From the NCBI GenBank assembly GCA_002309015.1, contig DBWM01000043.1, positions 19,411-83,410 on the forward strand: a stretch of DNA of 64,000 bases, in the 5' to 3' direction. Position numbers and translations under genes: made by a program. Below are positions 8,174 through 16,853 of the stretch, one piece after another. Source of the stretch: Myxococcales bacterium UBA1238 (GTDB lineage Bacteria; Myxococcota_A; Bradymonadia; UBA7976; UBA1532). Position 1 is the stretch's first letter; the number at the start of each line of letters is the position of its first letter. The notes beneath the pieces are model-generated. The model saw nothing but the letters and a program-made list of their open reading frames with translations, was not told the origin of the DNA and did not search any database.

Positions 8174-9901
8174 ATGCGGATTTTCACTTTGTTGTCAGTT
8201 CTCTGCTTCATTAGCTGCAGCGATGACGATTCGGGCAGCGATCTGGATCAAACGGATGCGGATGGTGATGGTTACAGCGTTGCGGCCGGGGATTGCGATG
8301 ACAGCGATCCGAAGATTCACCCCAAGGCGCAAGATATTTGTGATGATGGCATCGATCAGGATTGCAACGGGCGCGATCAATCCTGCGAGACGGCCGATTT
8401 TGATAAGGACGGTTACACGGTAGCGGCCGGTGACTGCAACGATGCGGATCCTTTGATCTACCCTGGTGCCAAAGAAATTGCGGGCGATCACATCGATCAG
8501 GACTGCGATGGGAGCGACCTTGATCCCCAGGATGCAGATGAAGATGGCGATGGCTGGACGCTTCGGCAGGGCGATTGCGACGACAGAGATTTCATTCGCA
8601 ATCCGGGGCGCATGGAAACCTGCGGTAACAACATCGACGAAGATTGCGACGGTCGCGATTTGCCCTGCGACGAAGTGGACGAGGACGGCGACGGATTTTC
8701 GGTGAAAGACGGCGATTGCGACGACAAGAACGCGCGCCGATATCCGGGAGCGGTCGAGAGCTGTGGCAACGGCGTAGACGAAGATTGCGATGGCAGCGAT
8801 TTCAAATGCCCCGAGCACGATGCGGACGGTGATGGCATCGACGATTCGAGCGACGTTTGTCCCGACGTGGCCGATCCCTTCCAGCTCGATGCGGACGGCG
8901 ATGGCGTAGGCGATGCCTGCGACAACTGCCCGAACGTGCCCAATGCCGATCAGCTCGACAGCGACAAAGACGGTGAGGGCGATCTTTGCGACAACGACAG
9001 CGATCTCGATGGCGATCACTGGTCCGCGTCCGACGGCGACTGCGACGACAGCAACCCCGCCATTTATCCCGGAGCATCCGAGCTTTGCGACGGTCTCGAC
9101 AACGATTGCAACGGATTCATCGATGACGAATGCCCGAGCGATCTCCGCTCCAAACTCATTTCATTTGAAGCCGGTTCCAGCTTGCTGGGCAGCCAGGATG
9201 CCGACGCGGCGGCTTGCGCGCTCGATATGAATTCGGACGAAAACTGCGACGAAGTGCCGCAAAAAACCGTTCAGCTGAGCGCATTTAGCATCGAAGAGCA
9301 TGAGGTCACCAATCGCCAGTACCGCGCCTGCGTCGAGGCTGGCCGCTGCACCCCACCGAGCCGTCCTGCAAATACAGCCAGCGCAGAACAATATTACGAT
9401 TCCGCATACGACGATCACCCGGTCATTTGGGTAAGCCAGGTTCAGGCCTCGCAATATTGCAATTATGCAGGCGGTCGTCTGCCCACCGAAGCCGAATGGG
9501 AACGCGCAGCGCGCGGCAGTTCCCCAACGACGCATCAACGCTACGTTTTTGGCGATTCTCCGAGCAGCGGATGTGCGGTCGCCTCAGTCAGCAACTGCCA
9601 GTCGGGTACCGAGCCGGTCCTCGCCCATAAAGACAGCGACGTGACGTCTCAGGGCGTGGTCGGGCTCACCGGAAACGTCTACGAAATGGCCGCCGGTTAC
9701 TACGATCCGAGCTATTACCAATCCATCGAGACCGTCGATCCCGCGCCTCTGCAGACGCCGAGTTCGCGCGATCTCATTCCGGTCAGAGGCGGCAGTTACC
9801 GCTCCGCCTGGGCTTTCTCGACGATTACCTACCGCGGCTTCCGCTTGCTGATGAGCCACCGCGAAGGTCGCCCCGATGTCGGTTTCCGTTGCGTGCGCTG
9901 A
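8174..9901 (+). CDS. Secreted lipoprotein: MopE-type Cys-rich 'putative metal-binding' repeats, TSP3 repeats and a C-terminal FGE-sulfatase (SUMF1-like) domain
   Basis: ATG at 8174 follows GGAGG. Lipobox LCFISC. Five copies of GDCDDxxxxIxPGAxExCxxxDxDC(D/N)G. TSP3 loops (DADGDGVGDACDNCPNVPNADQLDSDKDGEGD). The C-terminus has the RLPTEAEWERAARG...RGGSY...GFRC pattern of formylglycine-generating-enzyme-fold domains. Confidence 0.75.
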   Translation: MRIFTLLSVLCFISCSDDDSGSDLDQTDADGDGYSVAAGDCDDSDPKIHPKAQDICDDGIDQDCNGRDQSCETADFDKDGYTVAAGDCNDADPLIYPGAKEIAGDHIDQDCDGSDLDPQDADEDGDGWTLRQGDCDDRDFIRNPGRMETCGNNIDEDCDGRDLPCDEVDEDGDGFSVKDGDCDDKNARRYPGAVESCGNGVDEDCDGSDFKCPEHDADGDGIDDSSDVCPDVADPFQLDADGDGVGDACDNCPNVPNADQLDSDKDGEGDLCDNDSDLDGDHWSASDGDCDDSNPAIYPGASELCDGLDNDCNGFIDDECPSDLRSKLISFEAGSSLLGSQDADAAACALDMNSDENCDEVPQKTVQLSAFSIEEHEVTNRQYRACVEAGRCTPPSRPANTASAEQYYDSAYDDHPVIWVSQVQASQYCNYAGGRLPTEAEWERAARGSSPTTHQRYVFGDSPSSGCAVASVSNCQSGTEPVLAHKDSDVTSQGVVGLTGNVYEMAAGYYDPSYYQSIETVDPAPLQTPSSRDLIPVRGGSYRSAWAFSTITYRGFRLLMSHREGRPDVGFRCVR

Positions 9902-9941
9902 GGGGAATATAGGGAAGGGAACGTTGAAAGTCATTTAAAAA

Positions 9942-10175
9942 TCAGTGGTTATGCGCGCAGCCTGAGCAGCATCCCGAGCTTGGGCAGTTGTCGTGGCCCG
10001 CATAGCCCTGGGCAAACCAGCCGCCGCCTTTCAGCGTGAACGAGGTGCGCTCCATCAGTTTGGTCAATTTGGTGCTGTTACATTCGGGGCAATGGGTGGG
10101 GGCGGGATCGCTCATCTTGGCCCAGACGCAGGTCACCACACCGCAATCCTCGCAACGATAATGATAAATCGCCAT
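9942..10175 (-). CDS. FmdB-family zinc-ribbon protein
   Basis: 77 aa with MAIYHYRCEDCG...CPECNS (CxxC...CxxC) and a Cys/Gly-rich tail. Confidence 0.7.
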   Translation of the reverse strand: MAIYHYRCEDCGVVTCVWAKMSDPAPTHCPECNSTKLTKLMERTSFTLKGGGWFAQGYAGHDNCPSSGCCSGCAHNH

Positions 10176-10338
10176 TTTTTGAACCTCTCATCTCAAAATC
10201 GCTCAGACTTAAGCGCCGGATCCCCGGTTGTCAACCCCATGCCCGATTTTACGGGATCGCCTTCGCGCGTTGATTCGTTTTTATGACAAGCATTTCAGGC
10301 AGTTATAGATTGCTCATATTTTAAGTATAGGAGTGAAG

Positions 10339-11094
10339 ATGTATCGCGGGGCGAGGATTGCGGTTGTGATTCCGGCGCATAACGAGGCGCGTTTGCTGCC
10401 TGTGACGCTTTCAACGTTGCCTTCGTTTGTGGATCACGTCGTCGTGGTGGACGATGCGAGCCAGGATGAGACCGCTCAGGTTGCGCGCGATTTTATCACT
10501 CAACCCATCGATTTAATTACGCTTTCTGTGAATCAGGGCGTGGGCGGAGCGATTCGGACGGGTTACCGGCGGGCGCTGGATTTGGGGGCAGACATCGCGG
10601 TGGTCGTGGGGGCCGATGCGCAGATGGCGCCCGAAGAGATGAGCTCCCTTTGCGATCCGATCATCGAGGGCGAGGCGGATTACGTAAAGGGCGATCGCCT
10701 GGGGCATCCGGACGTGCGTAACCTCATGCCGCGCATGCGTTTTTGGGGCAACTGGGCGCTGACCTTCATGACCCGTGCAGCCTGCGGTGCCTGGCATCTG
10801 CGCGATTCCCAGTGCGGCTATACGGCGATCAGCAAAAAAGCCTTGAGCGCTCTGCCGTTAGAGTCTCTTTACCCGCGTTACGGCTTTCCCAACGATCTCA
10901 TCGGACGCCTGATGGAGCAGGGCGCGCGCATCGCAGATCGCCCCGTCACGCCGATTTACGGCGAAGAGCAGTCCGAAATCCGCATCTGCAAAGTGGTTTT
11001 TACCATCAGCGGGCTCCTGGCGCGCATCTGGGTTCGCCGCCTCTGGCATCGCCTGCACCGGAGCCCCGCGCGCATGGAACTGAACCCCAGATGA
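10339..11094 (+). CDS. Family 2 glycosyltransferase (dolichyl-phosphate-sugar synthase-like)
   Basis: ATG at 10339 follows AGGAG. VVIPAHNE and VVDDASQDET (DxD-type) motifs. The stop overlaps the next gene's start (ATGA). Confidence 0.75.
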   Translation: MYRGARIAVVIPAHNEARLLPVTLSTLPSFVDHVVVVDDASQDETAQVARDFITQPIDLITLSVNQGVGGAIRTGYRRALDLGADIAVVVGADAQMAPEEMSSLCDPIIEGEADYVKGDRLGHPDVRNLMPRMRFWGNWALTFMTRAACGAWHLRDSQCGYTAISKKALSALPLESLYPRYGFPNDLIGRLMEQGARIADRPVTPIYGEEQSEIRICKVVFTISGLLARIWVRRLWHRLHRSPARMELNPR

Positions 11095-12248
11095 CGCTTC
11101 GAACGCTCGCCCTGACCACCAGTTTCCCTCGATATTCCGGTGACTTACAAGGTTGCTTTGTGGCTGCCTGGGCGCAGGCGCTGGCGGATTTGGGCGCAGA
11201 GATTCAGGTTTTGGCGCCGGATTCGGGGGATTGGGCACCCAAATCGGTTGTGCGCTGCGGTTTTAAAACCTTTGGCTCGCTGCTTTCCTGCGGAGGGGCG
11301 CCCGATCGCTTGTTTTCATCCCGGGGCCTTTCGCGGCTTTTATCTTTAAATTCAGCTTGTTGCAGTTCTCTCTCGCTGCTTTGGTCTGCATGGCAGAGGG
11401 CGCCTCAGTTCGATGCGGTGGTCGGTCACTGGCTTTGCCCCTGCGGGCTGGTGGCGGCGTTGGCGGGGCGCGGGGCGCGGCGTTACGCCTATGCGCACGG
11501 AGGCGATGTGGCGCTTTTGGAAGCGATGCCGGCAGGCCGTCAGCTGGCTCGTTTCCTGGGGCATTCTCTGGATGGAATCACATTTGTTTCTGCGCAGTTA
11601 CGTGATCGATTCCTGAAGCTTTCCGGGCCTTGCAAAGCCTCCCTGGCGGTGCTTTCGATGGGCGTTCAAACCCCATACCCCGATCCTTTGAGCGCGAAGC
11701 GTTTCCTTCAGCGCGCGGCCGGGCGTCCGGTGGTGGCTACGGTGGGCCGCCTGGTTAAACTCAAAGGCTACGATCTGCTCGCGGAGGCGCTCTCGGGGAT
11801 CGATGCGCTTTGGATCGCCGCAGGGGAGGGCGGGAGCAGGGCAGAGCTCGAAGAAATCTGCCTTAAAAATCGCGTAGATGTGTGGTTCTCAGGTCAGCTG
11901 TTGCCCAAAGATCGGGACGCTTTGCTTTCGGTCGCCTCGCTGTTTGTGGCGCCGTCAAGGCCGCTGTCTCAGCGCGAGGAGGGCATGCCCGTCAGCGTGC
12001 TCGAAGCGATGGTTCAGGGCGTGCCGGTGGTGGCAGCAAAGACGGGCGGGATTGCGGAACTGGAGGGTCAGACGGGCGTTTCACTGGTGCCGCCAAACGA
12101 TAAAAAATCGTTAAAAAGCGCGATATTAGAAGCGCTTTCGAGGACAGGCGGGTTTTTGAGGGATCAGATGCGCGCGGAGCACGCGCGGTATTTGTGGTCG
12201 GCGCTCGGGCCGGCGCATTTGGAGAGGCTCACTGTTTCTCGACGATGA
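11091..12248 (+). CDS. Family 1 (GT4-type) glycosyltransferase
   Basis: The track ORF 10743..12248 has a 5' extension overlapping the GT2 gene. The likely start is ATG 11091 (MTLRTLALTTSFP). The C-terminal EEGMPVSVLEAMVQGVPVVA segment is an E-x7-E motif. Confidence 0.75.
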   Translation: MTLRTLALTTSFPRYSGDLQGCFVAAWAQALADLGAEIQVLAPDSGDWAPKSVVRCGFKTFGSLLSCGGAPDRLFSSRGLSRLLSLNSACCSSLSLLWSAWQRAPQFDAVVGHWLCPCGLVAALAGRGARRYAYAHGGDVALLEAMPAGRQLARFLGHSLDGITFVSAQLRDRFLKLSGPCKASLAVLSMGVQTPYPDPLSAKRFLQRAAGRPVVATVGRLVKLKGYDLLAEALSGIDALWIAAGEGGSRAELEEICLKNRVDVWFSGQLLPKDRDALLSVASLFVAPSRPLSQREEGMPVSVLEAMVQGVPVVAAKTGGIAELEGQTGVSLVPPNDKKSLKSAILEALSRTGGFLRDQMRAEHARYLWSALGPAHLERLTVSRR

Positions 12249-12939
12249 CCACGAGGAATCCGCCGAATTTGGCAGTCAGGCTGCAGTCGCGGGCGAGGCG
12301 CTCCAGGCGGGCAAGAACGGGCGCGACGATGGGGAGGCGGTGCACGGCAGCAAAGGGCGTAAGAACCCGAACCCCACGAAATTCTTTGATTTTTAAGCAG
12401 TCGGGCAGATAGCCTGCGATGCTTTCGGTGGTGTCGTAGCGGGTGAACACATCTTCGTCGTTGCTGGTCTCGCTGATCGCGTTCGGCTTCTTTAGACGCT
12501 TGATCGCGTAACGCAGCGAATGTTTGTTGTAAAACTCCAGTGCCGCGCGCCCGCCGGGCTTTAACACGCGCCCCACCTCGGCCATCGCCAGTTCGATTTC
12601 TTCAATATGGGCGAGGACTTTGAACGAAACCACCGCATCGAAGCTGGCATCCGCAAAAGGCAGCGCGGTGGCGGAGCCTTCTAGGGTTTTAAGCCCGCGC
12701 TCGTGAGCGGTCTGAAGCATGCCCCGGCTGATGTCAATTCCGACCGCTGATTTTGCAACTTCCGATAATCGTTGAAGAATCAGCCCCGTTCCGCATCCGA
12801 TTTCGAGGGCATCGGCGCCTGCAACCAGAGGCCGCGCGATTTCGAGTTGAAGGTTGTCGAGCAAGGCGTGGTAACCGTGATGGCGCTCGCGTTCGTACCA
12901 GCCTGCAAAGTCGTCATAATAGGTGCGATTGTCTTTCAT
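12229..12939 (-). CDS. Class I SAM-dependent methyltransferase
   Basis: LEIGCGTGL SAM motif in a Methyltransf_11-like layout. The likely start is MKDNRTYYDDF at 12939; the track ORF extends to 13038. Its 3' end overlaps the convergent GT1 gene by 20 nt. Confidence 0.7.
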   Translation of the reverse strand: MKDNRTYYDDFAGWYERERHHGYHALLDNLQLEIARPLVAGADALEIGCGTGLILQRLSEVAKSAVGIDISRGMLQTAHERGLKTLEGSATALPFADASFDAVVSFKVLAHIEEIELAMAEVGRVLKPGGRAALEFYNKHSLRYAIKRLKKPNAISETSNDEDVFTRYDTTESIAGYLPDCLKIKEFRGVRVLTPFAAVHRLPIVAPVLARLERLARDCSLTAKFGGFLVVIVEKQ

Positions 12940-13100
12940 GGCGGTGGTTATGGCGTTTCGTCGATCAATGCGCAAGAGCCTTGCGGGATCGTTTTTGCGC
13001 TTTAGGGGAACTGCGGTACTCTCGCGCCTGAAGTCCAAAGGTGAAAGGTTTGAAGGGCTTTCCCCTTCGACAACCGAAACAGCCTCATTTTTAGATTTTT

Positions 13101-13661
13101 ATGAATGCGCAGGGTTCTATGAGCAATCGAACGGGGGAAGGCAAGGGTTTTGGCCGGTTTTTAATTTGTCTGGCCCTTTTGGTGGTGTTGCTGCTCTTTT
13201 TCTCGGGAAGAAAGGGCTTAAAAGTCGGGCAGTTAGCGCCAGACTTCGATTTAATGACCGCTCAGGGCGAACGCGTCAGTTTGGCGAATTTGCGCGGTAA
13301 AATTGTTGTTTTAGAGTTCTGGGCCAGTTGGTGCAAATATTGCCGCCCGGCGCTCAAAGCGGTTGACATGGTGCGTCAACATTATGACCAGGATGATCAA
13401 GTTTATATTGCTGCGGTTAATTTTGAAGGTATGACTGATAAGTCTTTGCTTAAAATTGCAAAAAGCAGAGGCATTCAAATGCCGCAGATCCAGGATATGA
13501 CCGGGCAAATGGCGCAGGCTTATTTGATTCGCAGCCTGCCTTCCCAGGTGATCATCGATAAGGAAGGCAAAGTGGCGCAGGTTTTTACGGGGTTACCTTC
13601 GCGTCCCATTGAAACGAATATGTTTGAGATGACCAGGGATGTTGTGGAGAAACTGAGGTAG
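13101..13661 (+). CDS. TlpA-family thiol-disulfide oxidoreductase (membrane-anchored thioredoxin-like)
   Basis: 186 aa with an N-terminal TM anchor, the WASWCKYCR CxxC active site and a redoxin fold pattern. Confidence 0.75.
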   Translation: MNAQGSMSNRTGEGKGFGRFLICLALLVVLLLFFSGRKGLKVGQLAPDFDLMTAQGERVSLANLRGKIVVLEFWASWCKYCRPALKAVDMVRQHYDQDDQVYIAAVNFEGMTDKSLLKIAKSRGIQMPQIQDMTGQMAQAYLIRSLPSQVIIDKEGKVAQVFTGLPSRPIETNMFEMTRDVVEKLR

Positions 13662-13663
13662 GG

Positions 13664-14758
13664 CTATTTGCCGTCGCGCAGGCGGCGGGAGATGCGCTGA
13701 TGCTCGCGGTTGCCGATGACTTCGCGGGCATGTGCGCGGTCGATGGTGCGCAACACCCTGAAATGATTGGCTTTTACGTCGCGGATGCGGTTAAAGGTGA
13801 GCTCCCAGACATGTTTGGGATAATCGCCGGATTCCGCCTGATGGAGCAGGGTTTCGAGGACTTCCACCTGCTTGTCGAGGCTGTGGCTCACCATAAAGAC
13901 GTCGACGCCCGCTTCGAGCGCGTGCAGGGTCGCTTCCTGCATGGAATAATGTTCGGTCAGCGCTTTCGCCTCAAGTTCGGTAACGACTAACCCCTTAAAA
14001 CCTAAGTCTTTTTTCAGAATATCCTGCAGGAAAACGCGGCTGATGGATGCGGGCATCTGGCTGTCCACTTTGGGGTAAAGCGTGTGGGTGGTCAGCAGCA
14101 TATCGAGGCCGATGCCGGTTTGAATCAGCTTTTGGAAAGGCTTGAGATCGATCTGTTGCAGGCGTTCCAGGGTGAGATCGCAGCTGGGCAAAGAGATGGA
14201 AGCCGCGTTCTCCCGGAGCGATCCGATGCCCGGAAAATGCTTGGCGCAAGCGATGATGGCGTTGTCGTGCAAACCCCGGATGGCCGCTTTTCCGAGCGTG
14301 GTGACCTTGTCGGGATCTTCCGAAATCGAGCGGTTGCCGATGAACGAGACATCGGGCTGAGCGTTGACATCGAGCACTGGCGCGAAGTTCAGATTGAAAC
14401 CTGCTGCGGCCAGTTCGCGCCCGATCACCGCGCCCACTTCGTATGCGACCGAAACGGAACCCACTTTGCCCAGATGCTGCATGTCGGGAAAAATGGTGAA
14501 TGGCTCGGGCAGACGATGCAGCGGACTGCCTTCTTCCTCGACGGCGATAAACGGCGGAGTCCCCTGGCCCAGACTCCATAAGTCCTCGTTAAGATTCAGG
14601 ATTTGGGGCACGTCCTGAAGGTTGCGCTGCAAAAGAACGTAGCCGCCGATGCCCCATTCTTCATCCAGTCGAGCAAGCTCACTCGGCAGACGCGTGCCTT
14701 CAAACCCTACGATCAGGCGTTGACCGATGCGTTTTTTCAAAGTGGCGAGCTGACTCAT
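13664..14758 (-). CDS. nagZ: Beta-N-acetylhexosaminidase (GH3, NagZ)
   Basis: 364 aa with the KHFPGIG motif and a GH3 N-terminal domain layout. Its stop lies 2 nt from the convergent tlpA-like stop. Confidence 0.85.
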   Translation of the reverse strand: MSQLATLKKRIGQRLIVGFEGTRLPSELARLDEEWGIGGYVLLQRNLQDVPQILNLNEDLWSLGQGTPPFIAVEEEGSPLHRLPEPFTIFPDMQHLGKVGSVSVAYEVGAVIGRELAAAGFNLNFAPVLDVNAQPDVSFIGNRSISEDPDKVTTLGKAAIRGLHDNAIIACAKHFPGIGSLRENAASISLPSCDLTLERLQQIDLKPFQKLIQTGIGLDMLLTTHTLYPKVDSQMPASISRVFLQDILKKDLGFKGLVVTELEAKALTEHYSMQEATLHALEAGVDVFMVSHSLDKQVEVLETLLHQAESGDYPKHVWELTFNRIRDVKANHFRVLRTIDRAHAREVIGNREHQRISRRLRDGK

Positions 14759-14871
14759 ATTTTTCTCCTGGATGAAACTCCTAGACCAAAGCGAAATGGA
14801 GTAACATATTGCTGCCCAATTCGCAAAAAGGGCGATTTTTGAACAGAGGCGATGGTCCTTAGGAGTTGTTG

Positions 14872-15516
14872 ATGAAATTTTTTATCGATACGGCAGATGT
14901 GGCCGAAATTCGTGAAGCTCAGAGCTTCGGTTTGCTGGACGGTGTGACCACCAATCCTTCTTTGATCGCGCGCACGGGCCGCAAGTTTCGCGATGTGATC
15001 GAAGAGATCTGCGAGATCGTGGACGGTCCCATTTCGGCCGAAGCCGTGAGCCTCGATTTTGAGGGCATGCGCAAGGAAGCCAAGGAACTGGCGGCGATTC
15101 ACGAAAACATCGTGGTCAAGCTGCCTCTGACGCTGGATGGTCTGAAGACGGTGCGCTGGTGTTCGGACAACGGGATTGCTACGAACGTGACGCTCTGCTT
15201 CTCGCCTCTGCAAGCGCTGATGGCGGCCAAAGCGGGCGCGGATTACATCAGCCCGTTCGTGGGCCGTCTGGATGACGTGGGGCATGACGGGATGGAACTG
15301 ATCTCGCAAATCATTGAAATCTATGGGAATTACAACTTCGATACCGAAGTTTTGGTTGCGAGCATCCGAAGCCCTACCCATGTTTTGGAAGCGGCCAGAA
15401 TGGGCGCGGATGTCTGCACAATTCCCTTTAACGTGATTCAAAAGCTCGTCCATCATCCCTTAACTGATCAAGGCATCGAAAAGTTCCTTGAGGACTGGAA
15501 AAAAGTGCCCCACTGA
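14872..15516 (+). CDS. tal: Transaldolase / fructose-6-phosphate aldolase (short type 3B)
   Basis: [17 protein letters not shown]-terminus and the Schiff-base Lys region NIVVKLP; ~214 aa. ATG at 14872 is preceded by AGGAG. Confidence 0.85.
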   Translation: MKFFIDTADVAEIREAQSFGLLDGVTTNPSLIARTGRKFRDVIEEICEIVDGPISAEAVSLDFEGMRKEAKELAAIHENIVVKLPLTLDGLKTVRWCSDNGIATNVTLCFSPLQALMAAKAGADYISPFVGRLDDVGHDGMELISQIIEIYGNYNFDTEVLVASIRSPTHVLEAARMGADVCTIPFNVIQKLVHHPLTDQGIEKFLEDWKKVPH

Positions 15517-15520
15517 GCGG

Positions 15521-16378
15521 TCAGCCGCAAAGGCTGCTCAGCCAGGTGGAGAGCGTCTTTGTGGCGACCGTCATGCGGTAATCGGCGGTGCTCCGCAAAT
15601 CATCGATGGGGTGAATGTCCTCTGAGAGTTTGAGGGCGGCACTGGGATCGATGGCATGGCCGATCAATGCGGCTTCGGTTTTGGGGGCGCGGACGGGGGT
15701 TGCGGCGACGCTGCCTAAAGCGATGCGCGCATCTTTGACGATGCCGTTTTCAACCTGCAGGCGCGCGGCGATCATCACCTTTGAAATCGCCAATGCCCTG
15801 CGGGGGCCGATCTTTCGGAACCAACTGAATTCATTCACATTTTCATCTTTTTTGATGGGAATGAAAATGCGCGTGATCAGCTCGTCGGGTTCCGTGCACA
15901 TGCGGCGGTAACCGGTGTAGAGCGCGCTCATGGGCACCCTTCTCGCACCGCGGACGCTCTGCAATTCGATTTCGGCATCGAGGGCCAGCAGCACGGGCAG
16001 GCTGTCTCCGGCGGGGCTCGCGTTTGCGATGTTGCCGCCGATGGTGCCTCGGTTTTGAATTTGACGCGCACCGATAGAAGCGCAGGCTTCAGCTAAAATG
16101 CCTGCATTTTTAACCACTTGTGCGTTGTGCCAAATTTGGGAATGGGTGGCCAGGGCGCCGATGCAGAGCTCGTTTTCGTTGCATTCGATGGCGCGAACTC
16201 CGCGATCTTCGATCGAAAGCAGATTGATCACCTCGGTCGGTTTGATGACGTCGCGCTCGATGAGCACCATCACGTCGGTGCCGCCGGCCATCAGGCAGGC
16301 TTGCGGTTTTGCTGCGCGCAACTGGAGCGCTTCGGCGAGGGTTTTGGGGCATTCGACTGCGGCTGGGCTGCAAAGCAC
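15521..16378 (-). CDS. Xanthine dehydrogenase-family FAD-binding (medium, CoxM-like) subunit
   Basis: FAD_binding_5 pattern (LMAGGTDVMVL). The track ORF starts at 16411, inside the upstream gene. GTG at 16378, just after the small-subunit stop, gives a typical ~285 aa. Confidence 0.75.
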   Translation of the reverse strand: MLCSPAAVECPKTLAEALQLRAAKPQACLMAGGTDVMVLIERDVIKPTEVINLLSIEDRGVRAIECNENELCIGALATHSQIWHNAQVVKNAGILAEACASIGARQIQNRGTIGGNIANASPAGDSLPVLLALDAEIELQSVRGARRVPMSALYTGYRRMCTEPDELITRIFIPIKKDENVNEFSWFRKIGPRRALAISKVMIAARLQVENGIVKDARIALGSVAATPVRAPKTEAALIGHAIDPSAALKLSEDIHPIDDLRSTADYRMTVATKTLSTWLSSLCG

Positions 16379-16379
16379 G

Positions 16380-16853
16380 TTACTTCTCCTCGCCTTTTGC
16401 AAAGGCTTCATCGTAAACCGCGTTGATGATCTTCTGATAACCCGTGCAGCGACAAAGGTTTCCGGCCAGCGCCCTGCGGATTTCGGCGCGCGTGGGATTC
16501 GGGTTTTCTTTTAGGAAAGCGGTCGAAGACAGGATGAGACCGGGCGTGCAAAAACCGCACTGCACAGCGCCATGCTCGAGAAACGACTTTTGCATCGGGT
16601 GATCGGCCATTTGGCCCAGGCCCTCGATGGTGGTGATCGAGGCGCCCTGGACCTGGCAGATGGGCAGGAGGCAGCTGTTGACCGCCTCGCCGTTCATTAA
16701 AACGGTGCAGGCGCCGCATTCGCCTTCGCCGCAGCCTTCTTTGGTGCCCGTCAGCCCGAGCTCGATGCGCAAAACGTCGACCAGGCGCGCCATGGGCGGC
16801 TGATCGATCTCGACAGGCTGGCCGTTTAATTCAAACTGGATGCGCATGATCAC
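16380..16853 (-). CDS. Xanthine dehydrogenase-family [2Fe-2S] small (CoxS-like) subunit
   Basis: 157 aa with both cluster motifs, CGEGECGACTV and CGFCTPG...CRCTGY. Confidence 0.85.
   Translation of the reverse strand: MIMRIQFELNGQPVEIDQPPMARLVDVLRIELGLTGTKEGCGEGECGACTVLMNGEAVNSCLLPICQVQGASITTIEGLGQMADHPMQKSFLEHGAVQCGFCTPGLILSSTAFLKENPNPTRAEIRRALAGNLCRCTGYQKIINAVYDEAFAKGEEK

Noticed and set aside
8195-9019. A 274-aa minus-strand ORF (plus 8497..8943 and 8802..9077) antisense to the MopE/TSP3 lipoprotein gene
   Set aside because: Its I/V/A-rich translation is the mirror image of the GAT/GAC/GGC-rich sense codons. The sense frame has clear domain motifs, a signal peptide and an RBS. These antisense ORFs are typical artefacts of a repetitive GC-rich gene.
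8174-9901. The FGE/C-type-lectin-fold C-terminus as a diversity-generating retroelement (DGR) target
   Set aside because: A DGR needs a nearby reverse transcriptase and a template repeat nearly identical to the variable region. I found no RT-like ORF and no second copy of the 3' end of this gene in the window.
10743-11090. A 5' extension of the GT1 ORF (501 aa in the track) overlapping the GT2 gene
   Set aside because: The extension is an Arg/Pro-rich alternative frame of the GT2 gene. A clean ATGA stop/start junction at 11091 gives a normal 385-aa GT1.
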